64,000 nt of DNA from Octopus bimaculoides (taxonomy: Eukaryota), in the NCBI RefSeq assembly GCF_001194135.2, contig NC_068981.1:55094427-55158426 (forward strand), given 5' to 3'. This document shows positions 13,547 through 26,369 of this stretch, one piece after another (positions within the stretch are counted from its first letter, which is position 1; every line of letters starts with the position of its first letter). The position numbers were made by a program, and so were the translations under genes. The notes under the pieces are model-generated. The model made no database searches. It was not told the origin of the DNA and worked only from the letters and a program-made list of their open reading frames with translations.

Positions 13547-13900
13547 GTTTATATTTTTGTATCTTCGTTTATATCATACTGGAGCTTTACGGCGCTTCTT
13601 TCGTCACATTTGTCTAGATTGTTGATTATCATGCAGAGCTGTTTTGCTTGAGCTTTGCTTGGGGTTATAGTATCACCTTCATTAGTTCCCAATGTGAAAT
13701 TTGAGCTATTTCTCCAACACTCGCATCTTTCAGCACCTGTAGTGAGTCTATCTCCAATTTCTTGCCAAAATCGAAATCGCAAAAAAAGTTTATATCATTG
13801 TTTTGTGACCCTAACCACAACTTTTCAGGGGTTCACCAAAAGAAGCTCTAAAAAAATCAAAATAACATCTTCCACCTACCACTACGTACTTGGATAAATT
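11760..13900 (-). mobile_element. Degenerate RTE-clade LINE (reverse transcriptase and linker)
   Basis: The - strand reads QIGFQEGGSTVEQATNMRTIADKF..FYTFVDFIKAFDRLW, IRFTDDLVL (FADD box) and LDKCDERSAVK (linker). Interrupted by (TA)n. Ends approximate. Confidence 0.85.
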
Positions 13901-15259
13901 TAATCGACAATGCCTATGTCCCAGAACGTTTGGCCTTGTCTTTATATTGGAAGTAGGTATTAAGAAACTGAATAATGGTTCCGTGTGTTCACAGAAATGG
14001 TAGAGCGCCAGATTAAATACTTCTCAGTATTTAAATTAATTTGTGTGTGTGTATGCGCGCGCGCTTTGAATTGAAATACCACACAAGTCAACTTTTCCGT
14101 TCACTACTTTGAGTCTTTGAAATACATATAAGTTATGTACCTGAGCTGATTCAATTAGCCAAATCTCTTTTCCAACAAATATGTGGCCTAATGCCAATAT
14201 TAGAAATTAATATTAAGAAGATGAAAAATAAAAAACATCAGTAGTAAAAGCAAAAAAAACTGAAAGAAGTTTAAATATTTCTATTTGTCGGTTTGAGTTG
14301 GTATGAACGTGACTTTTATAAAATTGATAACAAATCACCAAGTAACAAATAACAGCTGATATTCAGCATCTTACTTGCAACTGTAATTGTAGAAAATTAA
14401 AATCTGTTATAATTCTAGCCACCTGTTGTGTGAGGAAAAGATCAGTAGCCTTAGTACTTTTAAACCATATTCACCTGAGAGATAGACATGACTGGGTGAG
14501 ATAAGTACGACGGTTAATGTTCAATTTGAGTTGCAGCAGGTTTTAGTTGGAACAGAAAGAAGGAGAGAGAATTCCGAGGAAATAAAGGTGTAGGAAAAAA
14601 GATTGCATTTAGGTGGTGACAGAAAGATTAGAAAAGCAAAGACTGTTCTGGTATAAGTTAAATATGCGGATATAGATGGTGAAAGAGGTGGGGAAGGAAG
14701 TGGTAATCATTATTTTGAGAAAGTTGGTTAACTCAGTTCTGCTCTGACTTCGTAGGCATGTGATCAAAGGGGATCTAGTCATGCCAATTCGTCTTTTTAC
14801 TACACCTTTTCGCTTTCTGCATTTTAAATTAGATGGATTTCAAATTAAAATAAACGAACCATCTATGCATCGTATTGCATCCGCACAGTCGATAGGCCAG
14901 TTACAGCTGTATTTGTCCCGAGATAACATCTCTTAAGGATTAGTTGTATTAAAAACACAATAAATATCAGAAGGAAACGAAAATTCCTCCTAGCAGCGGC
15001 TAGAGAGAGCAACAAATGCATTTCAGCCCTTTTAGACCTTTTCAATAGGGCCTTACTCGCAGCCAACCATAAGTTCGGACGAGAATTTGTCGTCTTTGAT
15101 AAAGATAAAAGTGAACAGAACATTTACTAATACTATGAATAGCTGCCAGGCTGATTCAAAATCCTGTATACGAAATTGGGGCAGTATTTAATTAAAATAT
15201 GCATCTATGTATCAGGTGGTTATTCTCAACATCACAGGAACATATCTCGCAAGTTAGAG

Positions 15260-15580
15260 GATAACAGCAAACACAACAGGCCTGAAAAGTCATGCAGTTA
15301 TTGAGGATGTGAACATACTATGAAAAGTTCAAGAGAAAGAGAACATTTATGGTGAAGTAATACAGAACTTTCGGCTCTTGTACTCTGGTTATATATTTTC
15401 ATTTGCACCTATTATCATAGGAGCATTGGGTATGTAACTACAGGTTTGCAGAAAAACTTAGAAATGCAAAGATTTTCAAAGAAAGAGCAAAAGAAACTGA
15501 CGCGCATCCTCCAATTCCAATCTATTATAGGCACAGCAAATATTTGTAAGACATTCCAAAGATTCTCCAACTAAGATTCT
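15260..15580 (+). mobile_element. 3' remnant of a non-LTR retrotransposon with restriction-like endonuclease (R4/Dong/NeSL type)
   Basis: KHNRP, FAPIIIGALGYV..L.KNL and LQFQSIIGTANICKTF match the RLE C-terminal pattern HNRPD..P(I/V)IIGALG..LQ...GT. Confidence 0.7.
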
Positions 15581-15647
15581 TTAAATGGATATATGCACAC
15601 ACTTGACTGTGTGCATCAACGGAGACACATATATAAAAATTAATGAT

Positions 15648-15685
<38 letters not shown>

Positions 15686-17010
15686 NNNNNNNNNNNNNNN
15701 NNNNNNNNNNNNNNNNNNNNNNNNNNNNNNNNNNNNNNNNNNNNNNNNNNNNNNNNNNNNNNNNNNNNNNNNNNNNNNNNNNNNNNNNNNNNNNNNNNNN
15801 NNNNNNNNNNNNNNNNNNNNNNNNNNNNNNNNNNNNNNNNNNNNNNNNNNNNNNNNNNNNNNNNNNNNNNNNNNNNNNNNNNNNNNNNNNNNNNNNNNNN
15901 NNNNNNNNNNNNNNNNNNNNNNNNNNNNNNNNNNNNNNNNNNNNNNAAAACCTCATAAGGAAAAAAAAAACATCATTTTTTTCCCTAAATATATATAATT
16001 TAATTTATGTCCCTCTAAGCGTGAGGCATCATTGTATAGTAATGCCTTTATATATATATGTCACTTTGTAAATGAGCAGCTTCAACTCCATGGTAAAATT
16101 TACATATAAGTCACAGAAAAGCATGCACACACATCCAGATATGTATGCTTCGATGTGTGTTACGGAGAGCATTGCAAGTGTTAAGAGTGAAGAATATTAG
16201 CTATAAACATAGTGTGGCGCCAGTTAAAAGATACAACTAGTCAATCTACATGGACGCTCTCATTTGAGATACAGACGAATAAAAAAAAAATACCTAACCA
16301 ATGCTTTTAATGATCGAGGCCTGAAAATTTGACCTTGACCTAATATACTAATGAACAAATTTGATCACCAGATGATGGTAGGAAACCTCCTTAACAAGGT
16401 TAACAAATGAGACACCGATGACATTTCAGTGTTGATTGGCATCGGAAAGATCATACATAAATATAAACAAACTTATAGTCAACGACATAGTAAACCCTAA
16501 GAAAATCTTGATCCAACTTGAAACAGCTTGCTTATATTAGCTTCTCTACTCAGTGCTTAATGTGAATTCTACGTGTGCCAGCACCACTAATATACATACG
16601 ATTATGAATAGGTGAATATGTGTTTATAAACATTAATCAGATATCTTTATGTTTATAAACGCACACACGCACATGCACACATATATGTATGTATGTATAT
16701 AAGTGCGTGTGTATACATACATACATATATATATANNNNNNNNNNNNNNNNNNNNNNNNNNNNNNNNNNNNNNNNNNNNNNNNNNNNNNNNNNNNNNNNN
16801 NNNNNNNNNNNNNNNNNNNNNNNNNNNNNNNNNNNNNNNNNNNNNNNNNNNNNNNNNNNNNNNNNNNNNNNNNNNNNNNNNNNNNNNNNNNNNNNNNNNN
16901 NNNNNNNNNNNNNNNNNNNNNNNNNNNNNNNNNNNNNNNNNNNNNNNNNNNNNNNNNNNNNNNNNNNNNNNNNNNNNNNNNNNNNNNNNNNNNNNNNNNN
17001 NNNNNNNNNA

Positions 17011-17051
<41 letters not shown>

Positions 17052-17109
17052 GTATATGTATGTATACACACACACACATATATATACATGCATATGTGTG
17101 TGTATGTAT

Positions 17110-17165
<56 letters not shown>

Positions 17166-17399
17166 ATGTATGTATTATACTATTGACGTCATAAGAATTT
17201 ATAAAATTTCGAGAAACCGTGAAATAGATCTTTTTTAAACAGTGGATCTTGAAACATATAAAGTTATAAATATTAGTGTTCCCTTCTCCTCCTTCTCCCA
17301 TCGCCACCAGCTCCATTGTCTGCATACCTTGCACCTTTAAAATCTATTTTTTTTCCCCTGATTCATGAACTTGCAAGCCCTGGCTACCCCCACAATCTC

Positions 17400-17770
17400 C
17401 GTCTATAACTGCCCAACCGCATGACCTCATCCTTTCACCCTTAGCTGCCTTCTCGTTTCATGTCCATGACTCAGCCATACCCTTCGTTTCTCCCACTCCT
17501 TCCCTTCCAAGTCCCCTGTTCTCCACAGTCAGTCATGGACAATTTGCGGCCCGCAGAACTTTGTGAATGGCACGCTTAACGAAAAATTACTTTGAATTCT
17601 TTTAATAGTGCGACTTACCTAATGATGCTCCATGTCTCATGCGGCCTGCTTCTCGAAAAAGGTTTGCCTATGCATGCCATGGACATTAAATCTCTCCGCT
17701 CTATCATACTTCATAATGACTGTCTCTTGGCTCACCACTACTTCCTGAATCATCGCACCAGCATCTAATT
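17400..17770 (+). mobile_element. Highly degenerate Penelope-like GIY-YIG endonuclease remnant
   Basis: CGLL....SLRSIILHNDCLLAHHYFLNH resembles the PLE motif CGLLYIGET..EHLRSI..N..PVA.HF; preceded by a C-rich tract. Confidence 0.4.
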
Positions 17771-19124
17771 TTATAAGTACACTCTTTGCCGCTTAGCTGA
17801 ACTAGTAATCACCCATAACTAAGGTTGCTATAGAAACGAGAAGTGAATCGTTGATACAATGGAAATATAATCTTAATGTGCTTACCTTAGTAAAGAACTC
17901 AATTTTATAGAAAATATGTGCATCTAAATAAAAAATGAAACATCAGATAGCCTGCCATAGCTGTCTTTTGTCTTCTGATTAAGCAATAACAAAAACAGAG
18001 AAATAAAAACATCATTCTGCCCTGCAAAAATGCCCTGCTGTTGTAAATGATTGATGTAACTGCTCGTTCGCGTGAAATATTTTGGAATATAGTGATACTA
18101 GACTCTGCCAGACAATTCACTGATAACCTTCCTTTTGGTATCATACATTGGATTAGGTAATACAAACTACACGTATCAAGTTGTAAATCTAAATTTCAAA
18201 CAGTACCAGAGTCAACCTTTTCGGTTAAAGTCGATTAAATAAATATCATCCAGGTAGTGGAGCCACTCCAACTGACTATTATATCTTGCTTTGAAACCAT
18301 TAATCCTGCACCAAGCTTAAAGATGCTCCAAAATAAAAAATAAAAACTTAGGAGCCAATGAAGGAGCTTCTAAATTGTTGATTGAAATAACAACCTAATC
18401 TTCCCTAAATTACTCGTCACTGTCTTAGAAAATAACTCATTTGGAGTTTGCCCTGGGAAAAGAAAGAATGGTCAGCACTAGATTGCCTTCAGTCTTAGGT
18501 CTACTCAACGAGGACTGAAAACAACAACTTCAACAAGGATAACATCCGCAATAGCACCAGCAACAACATTATTTATCCAACTGCCGTGTTCCGACCGAGT
18601 CGTGGGCACGGCATTGCAAAGTTAAAGAGTTCGCTTCAGAATAGCGTGGTTTTGCATTCGATCTCGCGTTGCGGCACGTTAAAGATGTTTCTTTCATAGT
18701 AGCTTCGGTATTTGGCAAAGATTGTAAGAAGGCTGTCGGTGGAGCTATTCCTTTTCAGTGTGGTATACTTAAAACATTGCCCAGTTTAACACCACTATCT
18801 GCTTATATGGATGTCTTTAGTGGTACCCACTCTGTTGAAAGTAATTAGATCAAGTCTCCAGTCTCAGGTTAGCATACTCCCCACGACATTACTGTTCTAG
18901 AAGGCCCTGGAAATAGTCATTGGCGCTGCACTTCCTTCTTTGTAACTGATACATTAAAATAGAAGCTGGACAAATGCCTGAAATAATTGAAAAATCAGGC
19001 CTATATTGTGCATAATCGTTGATCGACTTTATGCATGCTGTAGGTTTCCTCTACAAAAATGAACCTGGGCTACATAACAACAACAATAATTACTCCCCAA
19101 ATGGGAGATCTTGTGCGCCCATGT

Positions 19125-19160
<36 letters not shown>

Positions 19161-21187
19161 CAGCAGCAGCAGCAGTAGTAGTGGATGTGGTGGTGGTGGT
19201 GGTGGTGGTAGTGGTAAAGGTGGCGGTGGTGGCAGCTACATAAGATTTTGTTTTGCATAGTTCTCTCTCGATCTATTTCCTCTCTTCTGTCCCTTTTTCC
19301 CTGTATTTTCCCTTCCTTTTTCTGTCATCTCTTCACTTTCCGAACCACCTACCTTTCCTTCATCTGGTCCTAACACCTCCTTACCTCCAAACTACCCCCA
19401 CCCTCTTTGACCACTTCTCACTTATCCCATTTTTCATTCGTTTCTTCCCGCCTACAAATAACTTCCTTCACTTTCTCATTATCATGCCTCTTATTTCTTA
19501 CTTTAGTGCTAAAGTACTCGAGTAAGTACTTCAGTACCTTTTGACAACCACCATTTTTCATCAAACAAACTATTTATTTACGATATTAGATACTGCTTAT
19601 TTTGAAGGTCATTGTAATAATAAAGATGATGACTTTATCAAGTTGGTAGTTTACAGTACACATGAATTTGGAAATAGTTGTTATTAAAACAAGCTATCTA
19701 CTCCCTAAACCTATGCTTTACTTCAATTACTCTTATGTAATTCGTCACTTCTTACTGATTCTTCTCTGTTCTGATTGGCTGAAGGAGTAAAACGTGTAAT
19801 CTTTTTAGTTGATAAGTGAGCGTTTATATCACTTCTCTGGGAAAATATTCACTTAACAACATCCTATAACCACTAATAACCTACAGACGCATTGTTTCTT
19901 TTTTTCTGTCTCTTCTATAACAGATCCTGCTCTTCTGAACTAGCAAGTTGCCTACCACCTGGTTCTAACACATCCGTCTCTCTTTTTCTCTCGTCATTTT
20001 TTTTTTAATAACACAATCAGAGGAGAAAGGAGAGCACCCTTCCTTGACCTTTTTCAAACCTCTAAGACTGGTGGGAGGAATTGATGCTCTGTCCAGAAAC
20101 ATAGTTTGAATATTTCCAGCAAAGTGGACTTCATTAAATGTACTCAAGGGTCAGGTCGGGATATTAAACAGGGCGACGGATTAACTCTGTTGCGTCTTAT
20201 TTTCAGAGGCCACATTAAATATTGTTCTTGATTCTTTCTCTTTTATACCACACTCTACTAGAACTTTCTTCCTGTTCATATTTTCTCTGTGGGCATTAAC
20301 TTGAACATCAACCGCTTGACCTGCTAGACATAACCACATAATTTCCTTTGAATCACACTGTACTGCCTTCAAAATTAGGCAGGATGGTATTGACTCTATC
20401 GTCTGCCCGATCAGGGTTGACCTAAGGCTAAACGGCAACGACACCCACAATCACAACAGTCTGATATAGTCTGGAAACAAAAGTAAAGATTTCTAGACAC
20501 AAAATCACATATATTTTCAAAAGAAGGAACTTTTGATTAAATCGACACCAGTAATTAACTGGTACTTACTGCATCGATCTCTGCGAGGTTAGACGCTGAA
20601 TATAAAGAGACGTGACAAAATATCTATTATTGGTATATTGGCATAAAACCATACATTTCATCAATACTACAGATTAAATAATTTGCTTAAATTCTATTTT
20701 AGTATTACAGAGAAAGTTAGTAAAATATATATCACAAAAATGAAAGAAAAATACTGGAGACGAGGTTACAAAACACTGTTAATAATATCATTACCTGTTT
20801 ATATCACATGCATGCAACATACATATAGTTAGTTATAAGAATATGAAGAATTCATTAACAGAGGAAATACGATTAGCGAATATTCTTCCACTGTTGCTCA
20901 ATTATTCCTCGACATTTCGCTGTAGGGATGCGATGCAAATAAAATATCACTAGTACTACGCTTTAGTCGCAGTTTCCTTTTTGCCGGTATCCCTCGCTCT
21001 TCAACAGTCATGAATACTGTCATCGTTCGGATTCACAAACTTGAATGAGGGATTTACAACTTAATGCAAACGATATGCATTATCTAATCCGATATATGAG
21101 ACCAAAAGCTCACGAATGAAGCTTCTCGCAGAAACTTGTTTGGCGATGGTCCAAAGTATTTCACACGAACGGTCACCAGCCATGTAG

Positions 21188-21522
21188 CTTGTTAAGGTTA
21201 TCACTACAAATTTTCTCAAAAGAAATTATAGCCAACACTGACTTTGTTACGACGGATCGAATCCGAGATGCCTGATGATAAAAAACAACGAGATCGAAGA
21301 TGAAAAATGGCTATTTAATCAATGATTTTGTGGATGATTAATGAGTTGGAGGTATGCTGATGAAGGAGCAAAAACTCCTGATATATGGCATATATGCCCA
21401 TTACCCATTTTTCATCTTCGATCTCATTGTTGTTTACATCAGGCTTCTTGGATATGAAACGTCGTAACAAAATCAGTGCTAGCTATAATTTCTATAGAAA
21501 ATCTGCAGATAACCTTAGCAAG
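21188..21522. repeat. Imperfect foldback element (arms 21188-21310 and 21405-21522, loop ~94 nt)
   Basis: The right arm reverse-complements the left arm along its length with scattered mismatches and indels (e.g. GAGATCGAAGATGAAAAATGG / CCATTTTTCATCTTCGATCTC). Confidence 0.9.
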
Positions 21523-21601
21523 TGATATAATAGCACTGCTAACACAGTAGTACACAGTATTGACTTATAATACCAAAAAAGAAAAAGGTTGAATACACTT
21601 T

Positions 21602-21634
<33 letters not shown>

Positions 21635-21862
21635 NNNNNNNNNNNNNNNNNNNNNNNNNNNNNNNNNNNNNNNNNNNNNNNNNNNNNNNNNNNNNNNNNN
21701 NNNNNNNNNNNNNNNNNNNNNNNNNNNNNNNNNNNNNNNNNNNNNNNNNNNNNNNNNNNNNNNNNNNNNNNNNNNNNNNNNNNNNNNNNNNNNNNNNNNN
21801 NNNNNNNNNCTTAGGAGATCATTAACTAGATTCCTTAAGGGTCGTTCTCACAGTTTATATTT

Positions 21863-22139
21863 ATATTATAAGGTTTTTAAACTTTTAAATTTTCATATTC
21901 AAAAGAGACAGAGACTTCAAATTCGATATATCGATTTATTCACCACTCTATGTTAACATTTCTGTGCCAAATTTATCCAGTGACTGGTCCATTGGATTTA
22001 GACATTTGGCACTTCTTCAGGAGTGGTTACCTTTCGAACAAAACACGAAAAAACACATACATAACTATTATTAAGTCTTTAGGATCTCGTTAGCTTTCGT
22101 CTTTTGAATATGAAAATTTAAAAGTTTAAAAACCTTATA

Positions 22140-22143
<4 letters not shown>
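21863..22143. mobile_element. MITE, 281 bp, with 44-bp perfect terminal inverted repeats
   Basis: ATATTATAAGGTTTTTAAACTTTTAAATTTTCATATTCAAAAGA at 21863 and its exact reverse complement ending at 22143; TA-rich flanks (Tc1/mariner-like). Confidence 0.9.
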
Positions 22144-22175
<32 letters not shown>

Positions 22176-22954
22176 TTTATAGTTTATATATATACATATA
22201 TGCTTTATAGTTTAATATACTATATATTATGGTTGCATAACGAAATACGGTGTCCCTACAGGTCATCAAGCATGTAACATATTCCTGAATTTCGATCCAC
22301 TTCAGTAAACACTCACTCTCTATCACTAATACTACTCTCCTCCAAGATATTTCCGTTGCTTATATTTCGTTTCATTAATTTCTTCAATAAGAGAAATCCT
22401 ACATCGCCCAACCACCGAATTGCTCTTGATTATCTGTCAGGTTCTGATCGCATATATCTCTTAGGAAATAACGCAAATCAGATACTGTACATTTAATTAT
22501 TTCCAATTTGAAGAAGATTTCAGCCTGAAAGTAATTTCGTATCTACATTTACAGAAGTTGAAAAAGAGTGAAGATAGCTCCTTCAACAAAAGCTATCTTA
22601 AACTACTTCGTTTTTGCATCTGGTTTGCAAGATTCTTTATGTGAATTCGTGTGTTGAAACAAATTTTGTTCTATCTAGGGAGAATCATCGTTCAATCCCA
22701 CTCTTATTATTAGTCAATTTGTTAAATATCCAGTTAACTAATCGATTGCTTATTTAACTTGAACTAATTGACTAATAATAAAGGAGTGGATTTGAACCAG
22801 TGCGTGTGTTATTAGCATTGGCGTGATGACTCTCCCTAGACAAAACAAAATATTTTAAACAATGTAAATTTTTATTAAACCTATCCAAGCTTTTATTAAG
22901 GAACGAATAGCCTTGTACACTATGAGTAGTTTTCCACTGCAACTTCACTGTTAG

Positions 22955-23140
22955 ATATCAATTGTTCCAGCACACTTGCTGAACTCACCAGGGTTGCTGC
23001 AATGATCACGTGTGACCGTATTTGTTCGTATGTGTTGAACCCAGGTCACGAAGTGTTCTGTTCTGCAACATTTGTCATTGGATTTACTACATCGCAGTGG
23101 CAAACTCAGCAGCAATATCTGTCGCACTTGATAAATGATT
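22955..23140 (+). CDS. Candidate coding exon (INCSSTLAELTRVAAMITCDRICSYVLNPGHEVFCSATFVIGFTTSQWQTQQQYLSHLIND)
   Basis: 186 nt, phase 1-1. The open frame is bounded by stops just outside the splice sites. Acceptor CTTCACTGTTAG, donor T|GTGAGG (alternative GAG|GTAAAA at 23146). Protein not recognised. Confidence 0.55.
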
Positions 23141-23624
23141 GTGAGGTAAAATAAACATTCTTGCCTGCAGTCGTGGTATATGTTTCATAAGGTCTTAATG
23201 AAAAAATACTCAAGTGTACAGTTTGTATGTGGTCTCAGTTTTCCAGTTTGATTATTATTTATTTGTCTATTTTATTTCTTTCGTAATTTACTCTCGATAT
23301 TCTAGCACGATTCCGTTTTTTTTTTTTTACTGTTATTCCTTATTTTGTTTTATTCATACATTAATATAAGATTTACCTTCTAACTCAATAAGATATTATC
23401 CGACCTACTGCGTAGAGACTCGAGTATTATTTGTGAAAATACGTTTGTGTGTGTGTGTATGTGTGTGTGTGTATATGTGTGTGTGTGCCTGTGCGTGTGA
23501 ATGTATGTATATGCATGTGTATACACACACACACACACTCATATATATTGATATAGATATAGATATAGACATAATTATACATATATATATACATACAAAC
23601 ATACATACGTACATATATGTATAT

Positions 23625-23667
<43 letters not shown>

Positions 23668-24379
23668 NNNNNNNNNNNNNNNNNNNNNNNNNNNNNNNNN
23701 NNNNNNNNNNNNNNNNNNNNNNNNNNNNNNNNNNNNNNNNNNNNNNNNNNNNNNNNNNNNNNNNNNNNNNNNNNNNNNNNNNNNNNNNNNNNNNNNNNNN
23801 NNNNNNNNNNNNNNNNNNNNNNNNNNNNNNNNNNNNNNNNNNNNNNNNNNNNNNNNNNNNNNNNNNNNNNNNNNNNNNNNNNNNNNNNNNNNNNNNNNNN
23901 NNNNNNNNNNNNNNNNNNNNNNNNNNNNNNNNNNNNNNNNNNNNNNNNNNNNNNNNNNNNNNNNNNNNNNNNNNNNNNNNNNCCATCTACCAAATCCACT
24001 CAGAAGGCTTTGGTCGGCCTGAGGCTATAGTAGAGGACACTTGCCCAAGGTCTATGTGGTTGGTTAGCAAGCTACTTTATTTCATTAAATTTGCCATGAA
24101 GGCATTACAAAGACGGGACGATCAAAGACAGACAAACATAAAAAGGTGAAGTAGCTGCTCTAACGATTAAAAATTTATGATGATAAATTTATATGATACA
24201 ATTAAAAATTACAAATTACAATCATCTTCTAGTAAAACCATTTGCAATAATTGTTCCACCTTGAGTTACAGACACTGCCTTGTCACTCTGATCCTAATAA
24301 ATGCAATGGACCAATGATTAGCTCTTTAGAAACTTGTAAACAAACGACACTATTATTAGTCAAAAGTAATATGAAATAA

Positions 24380-24414
<35 letters not shown>

Positions 24415-25351
24415 GGATCCTTGACCCAAACAAACGACTGTTCTAAATAACATTGGCTTTTATATAACATAGGAAAGCAAACATAATAATCAAGAAATTA
24501 AATGAATTCTAATTGTAACAGTAGAAAATCAGTAGCATCAACTCTAAGAACAATTGTCTAACATTTGTAATCAACATCGCTGGACAATACTATTTATAGC
24601 GCAAGCGTAATAAATATGTACGTAAATACAACGTTTATTATAGCAAACTTTCTATTTTCTGTGTCAGCAACTTTAAAGGAACCAAATATTGTCTCAAATT
24701 GTTGACGTTATGTCATTTAGTTCAAAATTAATTCCAAGTTCAGTATCACAATTCTTTACCACATGGTAAATACGAATCTCACTTTCATTCTCTTCCTCTC
24801 TCATTCTTCGTCCTTCCTTTTCTCTCCATACAGTAATTCCACTTCCCCATCTTTAGTGTGTGTAGGTGCGAGTGTCTTACGATGCTGTTATAAAAATATA
24901 TTTAATTCAATATTAAAATGCTGATTTGGTAAAATTAACTTACTCGGAAATAAGTCAAGGGTGCGCCATCAAGCAATAACTGTTTGAATTAAACCTACAT
25001 GTCCCAAAATAAGCGGAAGAGATTGTGGTAATTTTCTCGCTCTGTTTCAGTTTCTTAAGATTTCTCACAAACAACTGTCTATCTTCTATAATCTATGGCC
25101 TAATTAACCTGAATTTCTCTCCCTTTCTTTTTCTCTCTCACTCTCTCTTTCTTTCTCTCAACACACACACACACTCACGTGTATGTATGTATATGTATAT
25201 ATACACGCACACAGAAATACGCAAATACACATATACATACAATACATATGTTCATTCATACGTACATACATACGTACATACATACGTACATACATACATA
25301 TATACATGCCAGCACACAAACACGCGTCAGACAGGATCTAACATCTATATA

Positions 25352-26087
25352 CGAGGTCTAATCAATAAGTATCCGGACTGTTGCCATAGTAATGAAGCTA
25401 AAGAATGCAGCGTAAAGCTGCTGGGCAAAGATTGACATTGAACTCTGCTGTGCATGCGCACTAAGTATTTACGTTCTAGCTCACTTCTGCTGTTTACAAC
25501 AGTGTTTTGAAGGAAGGTGTATAGTGCAGGGAGAGGAGTGTATCAGCCGCACACAAGTGTACGAGTGGTTCAGACGTTTCCAAGATGGACGTTCTGAGAG
25601 ACCCGCAACCAACAGAACTGAGAAAAACATCGCAGATATGTGTGCAGCTGTGAGGGGAAGTCGTCAATCACCATCCGTGAGGTATCAGAGGATGTGCAGA
25701 TTAGTTACGGATGCGCGTCTACCAAGTTTGTGCCAAAACTGCTTTCAACTGACCAAAATGACACTCAGGTTTCAGTTACACAAGATCTCCTTCATTGTTT
25801 GGAGAACGATGAAAACTTTTTGAAAACTTTGCGTAGGCCTCTGAGCAAGTATCGCCAAGCTTTTGGCAAAATTTGATGCAGATTCTCTGCTGAACTTTCT
25901 CTGTCATGGTCAACGCTACACACGTTCCTTCCAAGTACTGCTATAAACAGCGGAAGTGAGGTAGAACGTTAAAACTTAGTGCGCATGCACAGCATAGTCA
26001 AGGTCAATCTGTGCCAAGCGGCTTTACGCTGCGTGCTTTAGCTTCGTTACTATGACAACAGTCCTGGTACTTATTGATCAGACCATT
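25352..26087 (+). mobile_element. Internally deleted mariner element with ~150-bp TIRs
   Basis: Starts TA|CGAGGTCTAATCAATAAGT; the right end reverse-complements about 150 bp of the left end. Internal GEECISRTQVYEWFRRFQDGR, ITIREVSEDVQIS and KFVPKLLS are mariner HTH/WVPR-region motifs. Confidence 0.92.
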
Positions 26088-26175
26088 ATGTTAATGCTAC
26101 CTAAGCAGCAATATATCACTGTACATCGATAAAAACGACTTTTTCTTGTGTCTGTATATTCATATTAATGTGTAT

Positions 26176-26265
<90 letters not shown>

Positions 26266-26369
26266 CAGCAGTAACAACTACAATAGCACCAGCAACGTGT
26301 CCGGTAGTAGCAGCAGTAACGGCAGTGATTGTGACAACAACAACATCAGCACCAACAACGTAAGGACAT

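Noticed and set aside
13549-13782. 77-aa - strand ORF considered as a host exon
   Set aside because: Better explained as the endonuclease-RT linker of the adjacent RTE LINE.
14863-15123. Open frames on both strands (86 aa on -, ~60 aa on +)
   Set aside because: No recognisable motif or splice signals; adjacent to a LINE remnant and probably TE-derived.
21350-21400. CTGATGA-AGGAG..CTCCT-GATA near-hammerhead
   Set aside because: GAAA is mutated to GATA and no consistent stem I/III plus NUH arrangement could be built.
22986-23170. - strand open frame with CTG|GTGAGT donor overlapping the + exon
   Set aside because: Weak acceptor and a less protein-like peptide; the + strand reading is tightly bounded by stops and splice sites. 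Not fully excluded.
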